Virus record (IMG/VR): IMGVR_UViG_3300011008_000003
Length of the DNA stretch: 64,000 nt
Reading direction: 5' to 3' (one strand)
Source of the DNA: a virus
Lineage: Duplodnaviria > Heunggongvirae > Uroviricota > Caudoviricetes
The notes under the pieces are model-generated. The model saw only the letters and a list, made by a program, of their open reading frames with translations, ran no database searches and had not been told where the DNA came from. Below are positions 61,345 through 64,000 of the stretch, one piece after another; positions within the stretch are counted from its first letter, which is position 1, and every line of letters starts with the position of its first letter. The translations under genes were made by a program, and so were the position numbers.

Positions 61345-61815
61345 ATGAAGATTTCTCACGTTGAAAAAACCTATCATGATATCAAGACTCCTTTCGAAAT
61401 CGCAGAAGGAATAAAGAAAGATCGTTTCAGAAACGACTTCGGATATTATGAAGATACTTCCAAACATACGGTCGACTATATCAAGACGTTATCTCGAATC
61501 GTAGAATCCGCTCTTCTCTGCATACCTATGCCTTTTATCGGTGGAATCCAAAACTGTGATGGTAGTATCGAATTTACCAGAAATTGTATTGTTCCTGGTG
61601 CTCTCGTAGCGTTTATGGAAAACAAGTTTCCTCTTGTCGGCATGAAAGTTTTAACCGACGCAGAAGGTCTTTTCTATAACGACCTTATGGGGATTTATCG
61701 TAACCGTATCGACGACTGCAGGCTCGATATTCATTATGTGTTACGTAACTCCAATTCCGGTATTGTTCAGGATATGTATTTCAACAGCCTTGTCGGGAAT
61801 TTTAGCTGTGATTAG
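61345..61815 (+). CDS. degenerate DUF262 (GmrSD/ParB-like N-terminal) domain protein
   Basis: SRIVES.LL.IP.P...DG....F..N.F.L.G...L....G..Y.DL...R.RI pattern, but the DG(Q/L)QR motif is replaced by TRNCIV. Confidence 0.6.
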   Translation: MKISHVEKTYHDIKTPFEIAEGIKKDRFRNDFGYYEDTSKHTVDYIKTLSRIVESALLCIPMPFIGGIQNCDGSIEFTRNCIVPGALVAFMENKFPLVGMKVLTDAEGLFYNDLMGIYRNRIDDCRLDIHYVLRNSNSGIVQDMYFNSLVGNFSCD

Positions 61816-62149
61816 AATACAATATACATCGATTGAAAATCCATTATTGAAAGATATACCGGTACATGTATATCAATCATATCCGAATAAGCTTGATGGC
61901 GAATATCAAGACTATGGCCTTGCAGATATACATTACACAAGGAAAACTACGCCGGAAGGTGTATCTTATGATTTCATCAGAATTTTTATTAGTGCAAAAT
62001 TAACCGGTGATATTCCGCTGCATCTATGGAATAACAAATCATATATTGAATATGAAGGTAAGAAATATAGAACTGAGCAAGACCTATTAAAAATGCTTAT
62101 GATTATCGACAACTTAAGAGCGTTGCGAGCAATTAACCGACTTGATTAG
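61808..62149 (+). CDS. C-terminal-tail family protein
   Basis: YIEYEGKKY...LRAINRLD*; probable GTG start. Confidence 0.7.
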   Translation: MIRIQYTSIENPLLKDIPVHVYQSYPNKLDGEYQDYGLADIHYTRKTTPEGVSYDFIRIFISAKLTGDIPLHLWNNKSYIEYEGKKYRTEQDLLKMLMIIDNLRALRAINRLD

Positions 62150-62158
62150 GGGCTTGCC

Positions 62159-62449
62159 ATGAAAAATAATAATACATTAGTCTTTACATGTGGAAATCCG
62201 CCAGAGCATAGGCCAGTAGATTTCGAAGAGATTCATCGTATCTATACATTGACCGATTGTTATCATCTCAAGTTAACAAACTGCTATATGGAATGGAATC
62301 CCATCAGTCATGCCAAATGCGAATATTTTTACATGCAGCCGAATGACTATATTATCTACAAGAAAAAACGATATACGTACGACGACATGCCAAAACTTAT
62401 AATGTTACTCGAAAACGAAAATACCATGAAGGTAATAGAGCGTTTATGA
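62159..62449 (+). CDS. C-terminal-tail family protein
   Basis: YIIYKKKRY...MKVIERL*. Confidence 0.7.
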   Translation: MKNNNTLVFTCGNPPEHRPVDFEEIHRIYTLTDCYHLKLTNCYMEWNPISHAKCEYFYMQPNDYIIYKKKRYTYDDMPKLIMLLENENTMKVIERL

Positions 62450-62739
62450 AAAATCATGTAGTTTACGGTGCTGGCCATGGTTATACTCGGGCCGATTTCG
62501 ATGAAATCGTACTTATACGGTATGATGAAACAATAAGACCAGAATATTCTGTTCAATTTAAAAATATTAAATTTGAATGCGATGAAAATACTTATGCGTT
62601 TTGGACTGCCTATTTATGCAATATTACTGACTGCATAACCTATAAAGGCAAATTTTACAGTTTCTTCGAAATGCCAAATCTCAGTATGCTCATCGAACAG
62701 GAAAAAACCAAAATAGCCATCGACAACCTGGAGGGATAA
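62446..62739 (+). CDS. C-terminal-tail family protein
   Basis: YKGKFY...KIAIDNLEG*. Confidence 0.75.
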   Translation: MKNHVVYGAGHGYTRADFDEIVLIRYDETIRPEYSVQFKNIKFECDENTYAFWTAYLCNITDCITYKGKFYSFFEMPNLSMLIEQEKTKIAIDNLEG

Positions 62740-63125
62740 TGACAGATAGAGAACACGAACATTGGAAGGATATTCAAAGCAGTAGTCATAAGGAAAAATT
62801 GGAATATCTATTAAGCCTGACCAAACCCGGCAAGAACTATTTTATTACCCCTCATTATCATACGTCTCCCATTAAAGAATTTATAGATATTACCGAACTT
62901 GATTTAGAAAGACATGCCGTACAGTTTAAGTATATCCACGAAGTTTTCAACGATAAATGGGACGGGCTTAGGTATACTACCGATTACGAGTTTATTATCT
63001 GGAACGGGAAAATGTACAGGGGATTTATCGTAACCAACGTATGTATAGACGACCCAGAAGAATTCAAACGGCTTGCATTCGATTTTCACAAATACCAGAT
63101 AGAAAAGTCTTTGGCGGTTCTATAA
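62739..63125 (+). CDS. C-terminal-tail family protein
   Basis: WNGKMY...EKSLAVL*. Confidence 0.7.
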   Translation: MTDREHEHWKDIQSSSHKEKLEYLLSLTKPGKNYFITPHYHTSPIKEFIDITELDLERHAVQFKYIHEVFNDKWDGLRYTTDYEFIIWNGKMYRGFIVTNVCIDDPEEFKRLAFDFHKYQIEKSLAVL

Positions 63126-63171
63126 AGAATTACCGCCAAAATATGCCGTTTTCTAGCCGTTTATATCCCAG

Positions 63172-63447
63172 AATCTATTAAGTTCATACACCGTTAGTAG
63201 ATTGTCAATCTATTAAGAATTTTCAGAAATCTATTAACAATCTGTAAACATTTCTACCACTTCCGTATTTTCCATATATACATATTACCCGAATGTAAGC
63301 CCATACAGGCGAAGATTAATTCGGCCGTTTCCATAGGGGCCCGGGAATCCATTAAGCTCGCCATATATAGGCCCGCCGAAATCTATTAAGCATATACGTG
63401 CCCGCCAATAAAAGTTTTTAGAATTCTGCCCGCCGAAATCTATTAAG
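63172..63447 (+). repeat. six dispersed direct copies of AATC(T/C)ATTAA(G/C)
   Basis: At 63172, 63207, 63228, 63346, 63380, 63437. Confidence 0.8.
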
Positions 63448-63491
63448 CATATACGTGCCCGCCAATAAAAGTTTTTAGAATTCTGCCCGCC
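63371..63491 (+). repeat. perfect 57-bp tandem duplication plus partial third copy
   Basis: 63371-63427 equals 63428-63484, then GCCCGCC. Confidence 0.92.
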
Positions 63492-63560
63492 CGGAAAACT
63501 TGATCTTAGTTCGCAAAATTTTTTTCACGTAAAAAATTTTTTACGAAAAATTTTTTTAAC

Positions 63561-63592
63561 AAAAAATCCGGTTTTTTGGAAAAACCGGGTTT
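63561..63592 (-). terminator. intrinsic terminator of sigma-factor gene
   Basis: CCGGTTTTT-CCA-AAAAACCGG followed by ATTTTTT on - strand. Confidence 0.7.
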
Positions 63593-63621
63593 TGACATAT
63601 TTGCTGCGATTTTGCTGTATT

Positions 63622-63999
63622 TTAAGCGGGCATGGCTGAGGTTTCTTCGGGATTCAACTTCGGCAATCCGACTATTTCCCTATACAGGTTGGATTTTCTG
63701 GCGGCCGCGTTGAGCCTTCTGATGGCCTGTGTCTTATACTGTCGGATTCGTTCGCCGGACCGGCCGTACATTTCGCCGATTTCCTTATATGAGTAAACTC
63801 TGTCGCCTATTCCGTACGCCTTCGAGAGGATTTCCTTGTCTCGGCCTTCTACGAGTTCTATGAACGTATTGACGTGGGATTTATATTCTTCCTGTTCCTT
63901 GGTTTTCTGTAGGTCCTGTCCCGGGATGATGTCGGCGAGCGTCAAATCCTGTCCGTCCTGGAAATCCGACCTGACCGGCATGTCCATGGAGTGCATATT
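63622..63999 (-). CDS. sigma-70 family factor, C-terminal part (region 3.2-4); start lies beyond window
   Basis: SMD.PV...TL.D.I, RDKEIL...YGI....SYKEIG..YG.S.ERIRQ....A.RRL helix-turn-helix. Confidence 0.82.
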   Translation of the reverse strand, partial: NMHSMDMPVRSDFQDGQDLTLADIIPGQDLQKTKEQEEYKSHVNTFIELVEGRDKEILSKAYGIGDRVYSYKEIGEMYGRSGERIRQYKTQAIRRLNAAARKSNLYREIVGLPKLNPEETSAMPA

Positions 64000-64000
64000 G

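Noticed and set aside
53817-63125. Diversity-generating retroelement or integron as the source of the gene arrays
   Set aside because: No reverse transcriptase, template/variable repeat pair, integrase or attC-like sites seen; most genes overlap directly with no intergenic repeat.
63371-63491. Possible CRISPR array
   Set aside because: Two identical adjacent 57-bp units with no unique spacers; no cas genes in the window.
1-64000. Genome-wide stop-codon reassignment (TAG or TGA)
   Set aside because: Code 11 gives near-complete coding density with intact enzymes; TAG and TGA both end genes that are tightly coupled to the next start. Only one in-frame TAG was found.
1-64000. tRNA or rRNA genes
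   Set aside because: No cloverleaf or T-loop signature noticed in the few intergenic gaps; a tRNAscan-SE run would be needed to exclude them fully.

Overview
This is a 64-kb segment of a large, lytic T4-related (jumbo-type) dsDNA phage genome, read in genetic code 11 with dense genes mostly on the - strand. The host cannot be determined from the window. T4-like core genes are scattered: RNase H, gp2 end protector, gp3 tail completion, gp44 clamp loader, a probable gp45 clamp, Rnl1 RNA ligase, DHFR and dCMP deaminase. Accessory enzymes lie among them: Stealth/DUF4422/GT2 glycan genes, NADAR, patatin, M16 peptidase, rhomboid, two SprT-like proteases, a lytic transglycosylase, an amidase, a short NAD+ ligase, a half methyltransferase and a sigma-70 fragment. 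Three window-wide patterns stand out. (1) About 40 small, highly divergent genes, mostly in two tandem arrays (19.7-25.1 kb and 53.8-63.1 kb), all end in the same C-terminal helix/tail ([A/S/E]-[I/L]-[D/E]-x-L-(x0-2)-stop). This looks like a library of variable heads on a common docking tail and is the best candidate for an undescribed system. (2) A ~35-bp element combines an intrinsic terminator with a sigma-70 promoter and usually places ATG at the predicted start site. The T4-type late promoters (TATAAATA) often do the same, implying widespread leaderless mRNAs. (3) A set of late genes carry T4-like capsid-targeting N-termini, including an ADP-ribosyltransferase-like protein and an AAA+ ATPase. 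Also found: a stand-alone 19-aa late peptide gene, a catalytically degenerate DUF262 protein and an iteron-like repeat region at 63.2-63.6 kb. All functional calls come from motif recognition by eye; no database searches were run.
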